Below are positions 9,504 to 19,131 of a stretch of DNA of 64,000 nt, piece after piece (positions within the stretch are counted from its first letter, which is position 1; every line of letters starts with the position of its first letter). This DNA is from Candidatus Iainarchaeum sp. (GTDB lineage: Archaea; Iainarchaeota; Iainarchaeia; Iainarchaeales; GCA-2688035): NCBI GenBank assembly GCA_017610205.1, contig JAFCCL010000004.1:1-64000 (forward strand), given 5' to 3'. The notes beneath the pieces were generated by a model, which was given only the letters and a program-made list of their open reading frames with translations, made no database searches and had not been told where the DNA came from. A program made the position numbers and the translations under genes.

Positions 9504-11027
9504 GTGCAAGTTCAAGCTGATATAAAAAGCGAAATCGTAAATTATGTAAGCGAAAAAAAAGCCTTTGTTGATGAAAAAGCAGTTGAATTGCTTAAAAGCC
9601 GGGAAAATTTTCGCGAAATAATTGACGGATTGCTTGAGGAAGGAATTTTCTTCATAAACAGCGAAGCTGTTGAAAAAAAGCTGATTAAAACAAAGCTTGA
9701 TGGACTTGAAACAAAAAAGGTTTCTGTGAAAGACAAGGGATTTAAGCCAATTGCAAAAGAGTACAATGAAAAAATCAGAGTTATTTCAAAATACGATGTT
9801 ACAGGCCAAAGCAAAAGCGAGGGAAAAACCGAAAACTTTTTGCACTACTTTCAAAGAAAGTTTGAATTGCTTTCCCAGATTTTAAAAAGAAGACAGGGAA
9901 TTAGCCCAAGGCCAATTAGCAGAGTAAAGCTTGTTCCAAAAGGCAACAAAGTTGACGTAATTGGAATGGTTTTAAGAAAATGGATTACAAAAAAGGGACA
10001 CGTTGCCCTTGAACTTGAAGACCTTGAATCAAAATGCATTGCACTCTTAATCAAAAATGATGTTGACACCAAAGGAATTGCTGAAAGGGTTTTGGTTGAC
10101 AGCGTAATTGCAGTAAAGGCAGTCAAGTGGAATGATGATTTGATAATAATAAAAGAAGTGTTCTGGCCTGACCTGACAGTAAGGCAGGCAAAACATGTTG
10201 ACACAAATTTTACAATTGCCTCAACAAGCGATTTTCATATAGGAAGCAGGTTTTTTCTTGAAAAGGAATGCAATAATTTCATTAATTGGATTAATGGAAG
10301 AGAAGGCGGAGAAAAGGAAAGGAAAAAGGTTGGCAGAATAAAATATCTGGTAATAACAGGCGACAATGTTGACGGAGTGGGAATTTACCCAAACCAGATT
10401 AATGAACTTACAATCAAAGACATTTACAAACAATACGAAGAATTCAGCAGACTAATAGAGCAAATTCCAGACTACATTGAAATTGTAATCTGCCCAGGGC
10501 AACACGATGCAGTAAGATGGGCAGACCCACAGCCGGCAATTCCAAAAGAGTTTTTGCCAGAATTGAATAAAAGGGAAAATATTCACTTTGTCGGAAGCCC
10601 AGGGTGGATTGAAATTGAAACCCTCAAAATAATGATGTACCACGGTGGAGCATTGCACGACCTGATTGGAAGCGTTGGCTATCTTAACAGCAAACACCCT
10701 GAACAGGCAATGATAGAGGTTTTAAAAAAAAGGGACATAATGTCAACATACGGAATGAAACAACCCTATGTTCCGGAAAAAGAAGACTTTCTTGTAGTAA
10801 AAGAAGAACCAGACCTTGTATACATTGGAGACATGCACCACAATGCATACGGAAGCTATAGGGGAACAACAGTAATAAACTCCGGAACATGGCAGGCAAG
10901 GACAGACTATCAGGTAAAACTTGGACATGTGCCAACCCCTGGAATTGTTCCAATTTACGAAATGAAAACAGGAAAAATAAGTGAAAATTATTTTGTGGAA
11001 AAAAAAGGACTGAAGGAAATTGATTAA
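9504..11027 (+). CDS. polB: DNA polymerase D small subunit DP1
   Basis: OB fold plus phosphoesterase motifs SDFHIGS, GDNVDGVGIYP, PGQHD, YHG, NSGTWQ..T..Q. Confidence 0.95.
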   Translation: MQVQADIKSEIVNYVSEKKAFVDEKAVELLKSRENFREIIDGLLEEGIFFINSEAVEKKLIKTKLDGLETKKVSVKDKGFKPIAKEYNEKIRVISKYDVTGQSKSEGKTENFLHYFQRKFELLSQILKRRQGISPRPISRVKLVPKGNKVDVIGMVLRKWITKKGHVALELEDLESKCIALLIKNDVDTKGIAERVLVDSVIAVKAVKWNDDLIIIKEVFWPDLTVRQAKHVDTNFTIASTSDFHIGSRFFLEKECNNFINWINGREGGEKERKKVGRIKYLVITGDNVDGVGIYPNQINELTIKDIYKQYEEFSRLIEQIPDYIEIVICPGQHDAVRWADPQPAIPKEFLPELNKRENIHFVGSPGWIEIETLKIMMYHGGALHDLIGSVGYLNSKHPEQAMIEVLKKRDIMSTYGMKQPYVPEKEDFLVVKEEPDLVYIGDMHHNAYGSYRGTTVINSGTWQARTDYQVKLGHVPTPGIVPIYEMKTGKISENYFVEKKGLKEID

Positions 11028-11078
11028 AATGATTAAAAAAAGGAACTGAAAATGAAAGATTATGAAAAGTGATTTTTA

Positions 11079-14000
11079 ATGAAACTTGAACTAGATATTG
11101 AAGCAAAACCAGCTGTGAAAAAATATTACAAAGCCATTGTTGCAGAAGTTGAAAAACAGCTTTCGGTTGCAGAAAAAGCAAAAGAAAAAGGGCTTGATTT
11201 AAGCACAGGCATTGAGTCAAAGCCAGTGGCAGACCTGGCTGACAGAACCGAAACAATTATTGGACCGCTTGGAATTGCAAAAAGGTACAGGCAGGTTTTT
11301 GAAGAAAAAAAAGGCGACAGGATTGAAGCAATATTTCAACTGTTCAGGGAAATCCTTGAACAAAAATGGTGCAAAATAGAAGACGAAAGCAAAAGAGTGG
11401 AACAGGCAATAAAAACATCCCTTGTGCTAAACACAGAGGGCGTTGTTGTAGCTCCATTGGACGGAGTGCCAAGAGTTGAAATCAACAAAAACCCCGACGG
11501 GTCAAAATATATTGACATCTATTACGCAGGACCAATAAGGGCCGCTGGAGGAACAAGCCAGGTGCTGCCATTAATTTTGGGAGATTATGCAAGAAATATT
11601 TTGGAAATTGACAGATACAAGCCAACAGACGACGAAGTTGAAAGATATGTTGAAGAATGCCAAATTTATGACGAAATTGTTACAAGGCAATACAAGCCAA
11701 CAGACGACGAAGTAAGAAAAATTGTAAGAAATTGCACTGTCTGCATAAACGGGGAGCCAACAGAAGAAAGAGAAGTGGCAGTAAACAGGGACTTGCCAAG
11801 AATTCCAAAAAACAGGGTTCGTGGAGGAATGTGCCTTGTGTTAAGCGAAGGAGTCGCATTAAAAGCACCAAAAATACTAAAGTTTGCAAAAAAACTAAAA
11901 CTTGACTGGAACTGGCTTGAAGGAATAATAAAAGTAAGCAAATCAGACTCCGGTGAAAGAAAACTAAAGCCAAATGAAAAGTTTTTAATCGGAGCTGCTG
12001 CAGGAAGGCCAATTTTAGCATACCCAATGAGACCAGGCGGCTTTAGGTTGAGATATGGAAGGGCAAGAAATATGGGAATTATGGGCAAAGGAATTCACCC
12101 GGCAACAATGCACATTCTCGAAGGCTTTATTGCAAACGCCACCCAAATGAAAGTTGAAAGGCCAGGAAAGGCAGCAGGAATGTCTCCGGTTGACAGCATT
12201 GAAGGCCCTATTGTAAGGCTTTACAGCGGAAGTGTTGTTAAAGTAAATACTTTGGATGAAGCAATAAAGCTCAAGCCAAGAGTTGAAAAAATTCTTTTCC
12301 TGGGAGATTTGCTAATAAGCGTTGGTGATTTCAGATATAGTGCACACCCACTTGTCCCGGCAGGCTATTGCCACGAATGGTGGATTGAGGAAGCAAGAAG
12401 ACAGCTTGGAGAAAAAGCAAACGAGTTGCCTGACCCAAAAAATGTAAGCATTTCACAAGCAATTGAATTGTCAAAAAAATACCACCTGCCGCTGCATCCA
12501 AACGCACTTTTTTACTACACCAACCTTGAGAAAAAAGAAATATTACAGCTTGCCAAGTTTTTGAAAACAGGAAAAAAGAATGAAGAAAAAAAGGGCGAAG
12601 AAAAAAAGAATGAAAAGGAAAAAGTAGTGAATAAAGAAAGTGAAAAGATTATTTTTGAAAATGACACTGTTGGAAAAAAACTTCTTGAAAAAATTGGAGC
12701 ATGCCACGAACTCAAAGAAGGAAAAATTTTATTAGACCTTGATAAATTCAAGGCAATGGAGAAAGCACTGGGAATTGAAAAAGCAATTGAAGGACTTGAA
12801 AAGGCAATTGAAAAATCACCCAATGTAATTTCAGCACTAAGCCTTGTAGCAGGAATTCCAATAAGGGACTTGGCAGGAACATGGATTGGAGCAAGAATGG
12901 GAAGGCCAGAAGCAAGCAAGCCCAGAAAAATGACAGGAAACCCGCATGTTCTGTTTCCAATTGGAAGGGCAGGAGGAAACATCAGGTCAATAAACAAGGC
13001 AATGACAAGCAATGGTGAAGGAAAAGAGGGCTCGGTAAATGTTGAAATTGCATTATACAAATGCCCAAAATGCGAAGCAGTAAGAGAACAGCCCTTTTGC
13101 CACAAGTGCAGGGTAAGAACTGAAAAAACAAGCATTTGCCCAAGCTGTGGTTCCCTAACCAAAGGAAAAAAATGCGAAAAATGCGGTGGACAAACAGAAG
13201 CATTCAGCAAAAGAAGTGTTGACCTGCAGGAATTGGTACAGACAGCAGTAGAAAATTTAGGAGTAAGAATGCCCAACATTGTAAAAGGAGTCAAAGGCAT
13301 GATAAATGAAAACAAGGATGCCGAGCCATTGGAGAAAGGAATTCTTAGAGCAAAATACGATTTGCACATTTTCAGGGATGCAACAATAAGATATGAGGCA
13401 ATTGATGCCCCTCTAACCCACTTCAAGCCAGAAGAGGTTGGAATAAGCGTTGAAAAAGCAAGAGAATTGGGGTATGAAAAAGATACTTTTGGAAAAGACC
13501 TTTTGGACAAAGGGCAGGTTGTTGAAATAATGCCACAGGACATTGTAATCAACGAAGGCGCAGGCGATTTCTTTGTAAAAATTTCAAAATTCATTGACGA
13601 ATTGCTTGTAAGATTTTACAAGCTTGAACCATATTTTAATGCAGAAAAAAGAGAGGACATGATTGGACAGCTTGTACTAGGGCTTGCACCACACACCTCT
13701 GCCGCAATAACAGGAAGGATTTTGGGATATACAAAGGCAAGAGCCTGCTTTGCACACCCCTACTTCCACCAGACAAAAAGAAGAAATGTGGATGGAGACC
13801 AGGATAGTTTAATGCTTTTAATGGACAATTTGCTCAACTTTTCACACAATTATTTGCCAGGAAGCAGGGGTGGAAGAATGGATGCCTCGCTTGTTTTTAC
13901 AGTTGCATTAAAGCCAACAGAAATAGACAACGAATGCTATGACATGGAAATATGCAGTGAATACCCCTTGGAACTTTATGAAAATGCTGAAAAAATGGCT

Positions 14001-14537
14001 CCATCAGACAGTGGCAGTTTGAAAAGAATAGAACACATTTTGGGAAAAGAAGGGCAATACAGCGGGTTTGGCTTTTCCCATCCAACAACACAGTTTGACG
14101 CAGGACCGGTTTATTCAAAATATGTTCTGCTTAACACAATGGAGGAAAAATTAAGGGCGCAGGCAAGATTGCAGCAAAGAATTGAAGCCGTTGACAGCAA
14201 AGATGCTTTGGAGCGGGTAATGGCAACACATTTAATGCCTGACATTATTGGAAACACAAGGGCTTTTAGCAGACAAAACTTCAGGTGCACAAAATGCAAT
14301 GCCCGCATTAGAAGAATTCCACTAAACGGAAAATGCCCAAAATGCGGACAGTCCAAAATCATTCTAACAGTAAACGAGGGCGGCGTAAGAAAATACCTTG
14401 GCATTGCAAAAAAGCTTGCAGACGAATTTGAACTAAGCAACTACCTAAAACAAAGGCTTGAACTCGCAAATCAGGAAATAAACAGCGTATTTCAAAACGA
14501 GCAGCCGGAACAAAAAAAGTTAGGGGAATTTGTTTAA
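11079..14537 (+). CDS. polC: DNA polymerase D large subunit DP2 (no intein)
   Basis: YYAGPIRAAGGT, GGFRLRYGR, GARMGRPE, Zn fingers, LAPHTSA, RRNVDGDQD, GGRMDA. Confidence 0.97.
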   Translation: MKLELDIEAKPAVKKYYKAIVAEVEKQLSVAEKAKEKGLDLSTGIESKPVADLADRTETIIGPLGIAKRYRQVFEEKKGDRIEAIFQLFREILEQKWCKIEDESKRVEQAIKTSLVLNTEGVVVAPLDGVPRVEINKNPDGSKYIDIYYAGPIRAAGGTSQVLPLILGDYARNILEIDRYKPTDDEVERYVEECQIYDEIVTRQYKPTDDEVRKIVRNCTVCINGEPTEEREVAVNRDLPRIPKNRVRGGMCLVLSEGVALKAPKILKFAKKLKLDWNWLEGIIKVSKSDSGERKLKPNEKFLIGAAAGRPILAYPMRPGGFRLRYGRARNMGIMGKGIHPATMHILEGFIANATQMKVERPGKAAGMSPVDSIEGPIVRLYSGSVVKVNTLDEAIKLKPRVEKILFLGDLLISVGDFRYSAHPLVPAGYCHEWWIEEARRQLGEKANELPDPKNVSISQAIELSKKYHLPLHPNALFYYTNLEKKEILQLAKFLKTGKKNEEKKGEEKKNEKEKVVNKESEKIIFENDTVGKKLLEKIGACHELKEGKILLDLDKFKAMEKALGIEKAIEGLEKAIEKSPNVISALSLVAGIPIRDLAGTWIGARMGRPEASKPRKMTGNPHVLFPIGRAGGNIRSINKAMTSNGEGKEGSVNVEIALYKCPKCEAVREQPFCHKCRVRTEKTSICPSCGSLTKGKKCEKCGGQTEAFSKRSVDLQELVQTAVENLGVRMPNIVKGVKGMINENKDAEPLEKGILRAKYDLHIFRDATIRYEAIDAPLTHFKPEEVGISVEKARELGYEKDTFGKDLLDKGQVVEIMPQDIVINEGAGDFFVKISKFIDELLVRFYKLEPYFNAEKREDMIGQLVLGLAPHTSAAITGRILGYTKARACFAHPYFHQTKRRNVDGDQDSLMLLMDNLLNFSHNYLPGSRGGRMDASLVFTVALKPTEIDNECYDMEICSEYPLELYENAEKMAPSDSGSLKRIEHILGKEGQYSGFGFSHPTTQFDAGPVYSKYVLLNTMEEKLRAQARLQQRIEAVDSKDALERVMATHLMPDIIGNTRAFSRQNFRCTKCNARIRRIPLNGKCPKCGQSKIILTVNEGGVRKYLGIAKKLADEFELSNYLKQRLELANQEINSVFQNEQPEQKKLGEFV

Positions 14538-14540
14538 AAA

Positions 14541-14566
14541 CCTGAGTTCAAATCCCAGTCGAAGCA
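14541..14566 (+). other. tRNA 3'-half remnant (T-arm plus acceptor strand), possible att-site scar
   Basis: CCTGAG-TTCAAAT-CCCAG-TCGAAGCA immediately after the polC stop; no 5' half. Confidence 0.55.
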
Positions 14567-14641
14567 ATCAACTTTTATTTTAATTCGAGAAAACACTTTC
14601 AGACAATATATTTAAAAACATTATATATCATTTGATATATA

Positions 14642-14935
14642 GTGGTTTTTGTGCAGGCTAAAATACAAATATTCAAAAAAGACGTACTGCGCTTTCCAAG
14701 GCTTGATACAGTCTTAATGATTGAAAACGCGATAAGGAAAGCCAAATCAGACCTTACCGCAAGGCAAATCTGGTTGAAACTGCCAAAAAAAGTAATGTGG
14801 CAAACTTTCATTACTACCCTAGAGTACCTTGAATACTCTGGAAAAATTTTGGTAGATAAGGACAAAACAGTCATCTGGATCTGGAACCCAAAAGCGATAG
14901 AGGAAATCAAAAAGGAAGGGCTGATTGCAAAGTAA
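14642..14935 (+). CDS. Winged-helix protein, putative antitoxin/regulator
   Basis: PRLDTVLMIE, LPKKVMWQTF...LEYLE.SGKI, WIWNP; directly upstream of a RelE-like pseudogene. Confidence 0.65.
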   Translation: MVFVQAKIQIFKKDVLRFPRLDTVLMIENAIRKAKSDLTARQIWLKLPKKVMWQTFITTLEYLEYSGKILVDKDKTVIWIWNPKAIEEIKKEGLIAK

Positions 14936-14937
14936 AG

Positions 14938-15225
14938 AAAGCAATTGAAAGAATCAAATACGTTGCCTTTGCCGAACCATCAATCAAAAAGGCTTTTGAA
15001 GAACTTGAAAAAGGAAAACACGAAGAAAAACAACTGGCAATATTCATTGAAAGAGCAATCAATGACCTGAAGAAAAACCCACTATGTGGAATTAATGTGC
15101 CTTCAAAGCAATGACCAAAAGAGTACATCAAAAAATACAAGATAGATAATTTGAGAAAATATGATTTGCCAAACGGATGGCGGCTAATCTACACACTAAG
15201 AGGCAACCAACACAAACAGAATTAG
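14938..15225 (+). pseudogene. RelE-like toxin pseudogene
   Basis: Frame reads ...ERAINDLKKNPLCGINVPSKQ*PKEYIKKYKIDNLRKYDLPNGWRLIYTLRGN; internal TGA at 15112-15114; no clear start; C-terminus truncated. Confidence 0.7.
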
Positions 15226-15615
15226 AAGTAACAAGTTTTCACGAATTATTTCACGGCTACTTTGAAAGATATAGAAGAAGCCGTGGGAAGAAAGTGTATT
15301 TACTGGCAACTGAAATGACCACGCACATCGCGACAAGGGAATACCTTGCTAAAAACAGATAATGAAAACTACAGAAAAAGAGCCAAATCCCCCAAATTGG
15401 ACTTAATCAGTATTGACTCAATTTTTGCAAAAGGATTATCTGAACTCATTCACAAAGAGTTTAATACTGCCGAAAGAAGGCAGATGATTGAAGAAATCAA
15501 AAACGGGCATTTTGCAACAAGAAAACAAGTAATAAGCTGATTGCTTAGAAAACTAAAGCAAAAAAACATACAAAATAGATATGTGGACAAAATAGTAAGA
15601 TATCAAAAAAGATGA
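15200..15615 (+). pseudogene. Fragmented HExxH-motif protein remnant
   Basis: TSFHELFHGYF...LATEMTT; frameshift near 15355 and in-frame TGA at 15538-15540 with the frame continuing. Confidence 0.45.
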
Positions 15616-15770
15616 TTAAAATTTATGGAGGTAATTAAATGAACAAAATCCAGGTTCGAATGCATAAAGCAATCTCAACCCAAGTAACTACAAACCTCCA
15701 GCCAGATGAGAAACCCAATCGGGCAATATGTTTTTATAGGACTGCGCACAATAGTTTATTAGTGAGATTT

Positions 15771-15908
15771 ATGCCAGAAACAATTACCATAGAAAAAGAA
15801 GAGTATTTGCGCTTGAAACACCAGGCAGAAATAGACACAGATTTTTTGAAAGAACTTGTTTCAAGCCTGTTTGACATAAAAGCAGGCAAAGTAACGCAAG
15901 TTAGATAA
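15771..15908 (+). CDS. Small putative antitoxin (45 aa)
   Basis: MPETITIEKEEYLRLK..AEID...L..L..SL.DIKAGKV; ATG at 15771 preferred to the 15639 start. Confidence 0.6.
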   Translation: MPETITIEKEEYLRLKHQAEIDTDFLKELVSSLFDIKAGKVTQVR

Positions 15909-16226
15909 CTATTTTTCCAGCAAATCTTCCAGCTCTTTTTTGTAAGTACCCAACAAAAGCCAAATAGAATTAATTATTCTCTGCTGGTCTTTTTTCGTGC
16001 TCAAATTAACAACATAAACGGTTTTCTTTTCCTCAAAAACAAGAAAGTAAACTCTGAAATTCTCAAGTTTTTTCTCCCGAAACCACTTTGGGCCCAAAGG
16101 CTTTCCAGCAAAAGGATTGACAGAAAGCTGGTCAAAAACCTTCTCAACCCAAACATTGAACTTTTTATCACGCTTCAAAAGCTTTGACTGAAAAGTTCGC
16201 GTAACAAAAACACTAAAAGCAGCCAT
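15909..16226 (-). CDS. RelE/ParE-superfamily toxin-like protein
   Basis: F.VF.T..F, QL..NPFAGKPLG.KWFREKK...FRVYFLV, STKKDQQ.IIN; ATG at 16226. Confidence 0.7.
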   Translation of the reverse strand: MAAFSVFVTRTFQSKLLKRDKKFNVWVEKVFDQLSVNPFAGKPLGPKWFREKKLENFRVYFLVFEEKKTVYVVNLSTKKDQQRIINSIWLLLGTYKKELEDLLEK

Positions 16227-16391
16227 AGGAACAGAAAACAGTAAACACCATAAAAACGTAACGAAAAAAACAATTAAGTTTCTACATAATATGTTTAAAA
16301 ACGTTTTTAGATAGATGGTTATCAGCACACTGCAGAAAACAAGTAAACTAAACGAAACCGTTTATAGCCCAATCGGGGCATAGCCAAATGC

Positions 16392-17615
16392 TTAAGCACA
16401 CATTAGCTCTTTTTCCAAAGCCTTTCTTAGCTTTTTTGCGTCAAAGCCGAGTTTGATTAAAGTAGTTGTTCCGCGAACTCCCTTTCCGCTTGCTGTGGTT
16501 ATTAGAAGTCCGTATGTTTCAAGTTCGTTTACGTATTCTCTGAACCAGCGGGATGAAACAACCTGCTGCTGCAGTGAAGAGGCAATTCTTTCATACTCGC
16601 GGTAAGCGTCTCCTGAAAAAAAGACTCCTTCTTCCCTGCTTCCATTAAGCTTTCCATAGCCTTTTCCCTGTACAGTCATCATTGAAATAGAGTAAAGCAC
16701 AAGCTGCTGTTGCTTTGGCAAGGTTTCAACCATATTCATAGTTACCTCCTCTTCAACCCTTGTTTTTGCAAGCCTTACATGCTCATCCTTAACTCGCTGT
16801 CCCAAAGACTTGTCTGCTTCCTCTCCAGCACGAAGCATTAGCATTACAGCAGCCCTTGCGTCACCAGATTCCTGTGCAGCCATTGCAGCTGCAAGGTTTA
16901 GTGCAGAGTCCTCAACGCAACCTGTCTTAAAAGCGGTTTTTATTCGCTCTTCAAGAATTGCCTTCAACTCCTTTGCATTGTAGGGAGGAAAAACCATTTC
17001 CTTTTGCAAAAGCGTACTTTTTGTCCTGACATCAAGCTTGTCTTTGAAGAAAAGATTGTTGCTAATTCCAATAATTGCAATTCCACCGCTTTGCAGTTCG
17101 TCATTAGACCTTGTAAGAGCATAAATTAACTCGTCCAAATCTTTAACCTTGTCAACTTCGTCAAGCACAAGAATCAACTGCTTTCCCTTGTTTGCATGCT
17201 TGAGCAGTTTTTCGTAAACAAATGCACTGCTGTAACCAATAAAATCTTCGTTTGGAAAAAATTTTGACAAAGATTTCAAAAAAACCTTGTACTTGGTATT
17301 ATGGTTTCTGCAATTAACATATGCAAAATCAACCTGCTTGCTGCGGTTGTGAGCAACAAATTCCTGCAATTGTGAAAGCACGTGGTTTACAGTAACAGTC
17401 TTTCCTGTTCCAACCTTGCCGTAAATGAAAAGATTGTCCGGCTTTGCTCCATGCAAGGAGGTTGAAAGAATTTGAGAAATTGCGTCAATTTGCCCGTTTC
17501 TAAAAGGAAGATTGTTAGGAGTGTAATGCGGTGTTATTGTGGTTCTGTTAGTAAAAACAGTGCTTTTGTCAAACTGCCTTTGAAAAATGTTTTCATGTAA
17601 ATTTAGCTCAATCAA
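16392..17615 (-). CDS. cdc6: Orc1/Cdc6 replication initiator
   Basis: GKVGTGKT, YVNC, LVLDEVD, FPPYNA.EL..IL..R, GDAR, C-terminal wHTH G.RG.T. Confidence 0.96.
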   Translation of the reverse strand: MIELNLHENIFQRQFDKSTVFTNRTTITPHYTPNNLPFRNGQIDAISQILSTSLHGAKPDNLFIYGKVGTGKTVTVNHVLSQLQEFVAHNRSKQVDFAYVNCRNHNTKYKVFLKSLSKFFPNEDFIGYSSAFVYEKLLKHANKGKQLILVLDEVDKVKDLDELIYALTRSNDELQSGGIAIIGISNNLFFKDKLDVRTKSTLLQKEMVFPPYNAKELKAILEERIKTAFKTGCVEDSALNLAAAMAAQESGDARAAVMLMLRAGEEADKSLGQRVKDEHVRLAKTRVEEEVTMNMVETLPKQQQLVLYSISMMTVQGKGYGKLNGSREEGVFFSGDAYREYERIASSLQQQVVSSRWFREYVNELETYGLLITTASGKGVRGTTTLIKLGFDAKKLRKALEKELMCA

Positions 17616-17850
17616 TCAAAACCCACCTGTAACTAACCTTGTGCCTTATAAAAATTATGAAAAAAATCGGGAGTGTAATTATTATGGCTTGGAAATTAAA
17701 AAGCCTGCTTGATTGAGAAAGCAAACCAATGGCAAAAGAGAAATTCGCATTCCTTACCGTGAAAAATTATGTAGCCTTGCCCAAGCGAAGCGTTTTAAAA
17801 AAGAATTGGAGGCAAATTATTATAATTCGAATTTGGGGGTGTAAATACTA

Positions 17851-18204
17851 ATGGCTTTTTTGGAGAAAATTTTAAAGAAAGATGAAGGAATTGACATAGA
17901 AAATTTTTTGAACAATTTGGACGCAGAAGACAACACAATGTATGAGGACGCAGACGCCTTTGTAAAGCCTGTTACAATTACAACCGACGCAGACGTTCAA
18001 ACAGTAATAACAGAAGCAAAAGCAGGAAACATTCTTTTGATAAACATTGGAGAATTAAGCAAAAGAAACGCAATAAAGCTCAAAGAGCTTGTAACAAAAG
18101 TAAAATTAGGAATTGAAGGAATTGACGGAGACATTGCAAGAATAAGCCACGAGCACGTTCTTGTAACACCAAGCAAAGTAAAAATTATTAAGAAAAGAGA
18201 ATAA
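17851..18204 (+). CDS. sepF: Cell division protein SepF (archaeal)
   Basis: E.K.GNILLINI, GDIARI....VLVTPS.VKI. Confidence 0.85.
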   Translation: MAFLEKILKKDEGIDIENFLNNLDAEDNTMYEDADAFVKPVTITTDADVQTVITEAKAGNILLINIGELSKRNAIKLKELVTKVKLGIEGIDGDIARISHEHVLVTPSKVKIIKKRE

Positions 18205-18331
18205 CAGCAAAATTCCTGAAATTTTTTCGGAAGGTCAGCAGGCGCTCCAAATTACAGAATGAATAAAATTTTAGTAAAATTCCAAAAATTAAACATCTTT
18301 TTATACTATTTTAGTACATAATTAGATTAGC

Positions 18332-19123
18332 ATGTTTTTTGGAAACCCTGTTGTGCCAATAGCATTCCAGCTAGAGCAAGTTTTTGAACTTGTTGAAAAA
18401 ATAATTCTTGAAAAGAACTGGAAAAGCTTTGAAAAAGGAGAAGTAAAGCTTGTCCTCAGCCCATTTTACTTATTTTATTACGATGTGGCCTTTGAAGAAA
18501 AAGGAAAGCCCACAGGAAAAACAAAGCACGGCAGGCTTGCACTCAACGGCGAAACAGCAGAATTAAGTGAAGAGCTAGCTGAATCAATGCCAAACGAAAC
18601 AGAACTGGCACAGGAACTAAATGACAACTACCCAATGGTAGTAAGAAAGGCAATTTTTTCAAAAACCGAAGCAGAAAAAATCGCATTGCTCAAAACAGCA
18701 TCGCTTTTGGAAGCTGACAGGGATGATATTATTCTCACAGGATTTAAAGAAATATATTACCCAAGGTGGATTGCGTTTGCAACAGTTGCAGGGCAAACCT
18801 ACGAATTTGAAATAAGCGCAGTAACAGGCGAAATTTTTGGCGAAGAAAAAGTTCCAGAAAGAGAAAAAGGATTTGTAGAACTAACACATGAAACACTTCA
18901 GGAATTAAAAAAGCCAGGTGCATGGCTAAGATACAGCAAGGAAATTGCACAAATAAGCAGCGGAAAACTTGCAGGAAAAAAAACGAACAACATTGCGGAA
19001 GAAGGAAGCAAAATAATAAAAGAAGGAAATTTTGAAAAAGCCGATTCATTTGTGCGCAAGCCAGCATTTTTGATAAGCCTTGTGCTGATTATGATTCTGA
19101 TTGCAGTAGTATTCTTCTTTTAG
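18332..19123 (+). CDS. Hypothetical protein with C-terminal membrane anchor
   Basis: 263-aa ORF with internal two-fold similarity (PFYLF / YYPRW) and a terminal TM helix. Confidence 0.75.
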   Translation: MFFGNPVVPIAFQLEQVFELVEKIILEKNWKSFEKGEVKLVLSPFYLFYYDVAFEEKGKPTGKTKHGRLALNGETAELSEELAESMPNETELAQELNDNYPMVVRKAIFSKTEAEKIALLKTASLLEADRDDIILTGFKEIYYPRWIAFATVAGQTYEFEISAVTGEIFGEEKVPEREKGFVELTHETLQELKKPGAWLRYSKEIAQISSGKLAGKKTNNIAEEGSKIIKEGNFEKADSFVRKPAFLISLVLIMILIAVVFFF

Positions 19124-19131
19124 AAAGCAAA

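Noticed and set aside
12515-13594. Long antisense ORFs (this one, 365-760, 54883-55577 and others)
   Set aside because: Shadows of real genes caused by codon bias; no independent motifs
11079-14537. Intein in DP2
   Set aside because: Length and motifs are continuous, with no splice-junction insert
15112-15540. TGA recoded as Trp (two in-frame TGA at Trp-like positions)
   Set aside because: TGA terminates many intact genes here, and the same region has frameshifts; simple decay explains it
17616-17850. Replication origin next to cdc6
   Set aside because: No recognisable ORB repeats; cannot be supported from sequence
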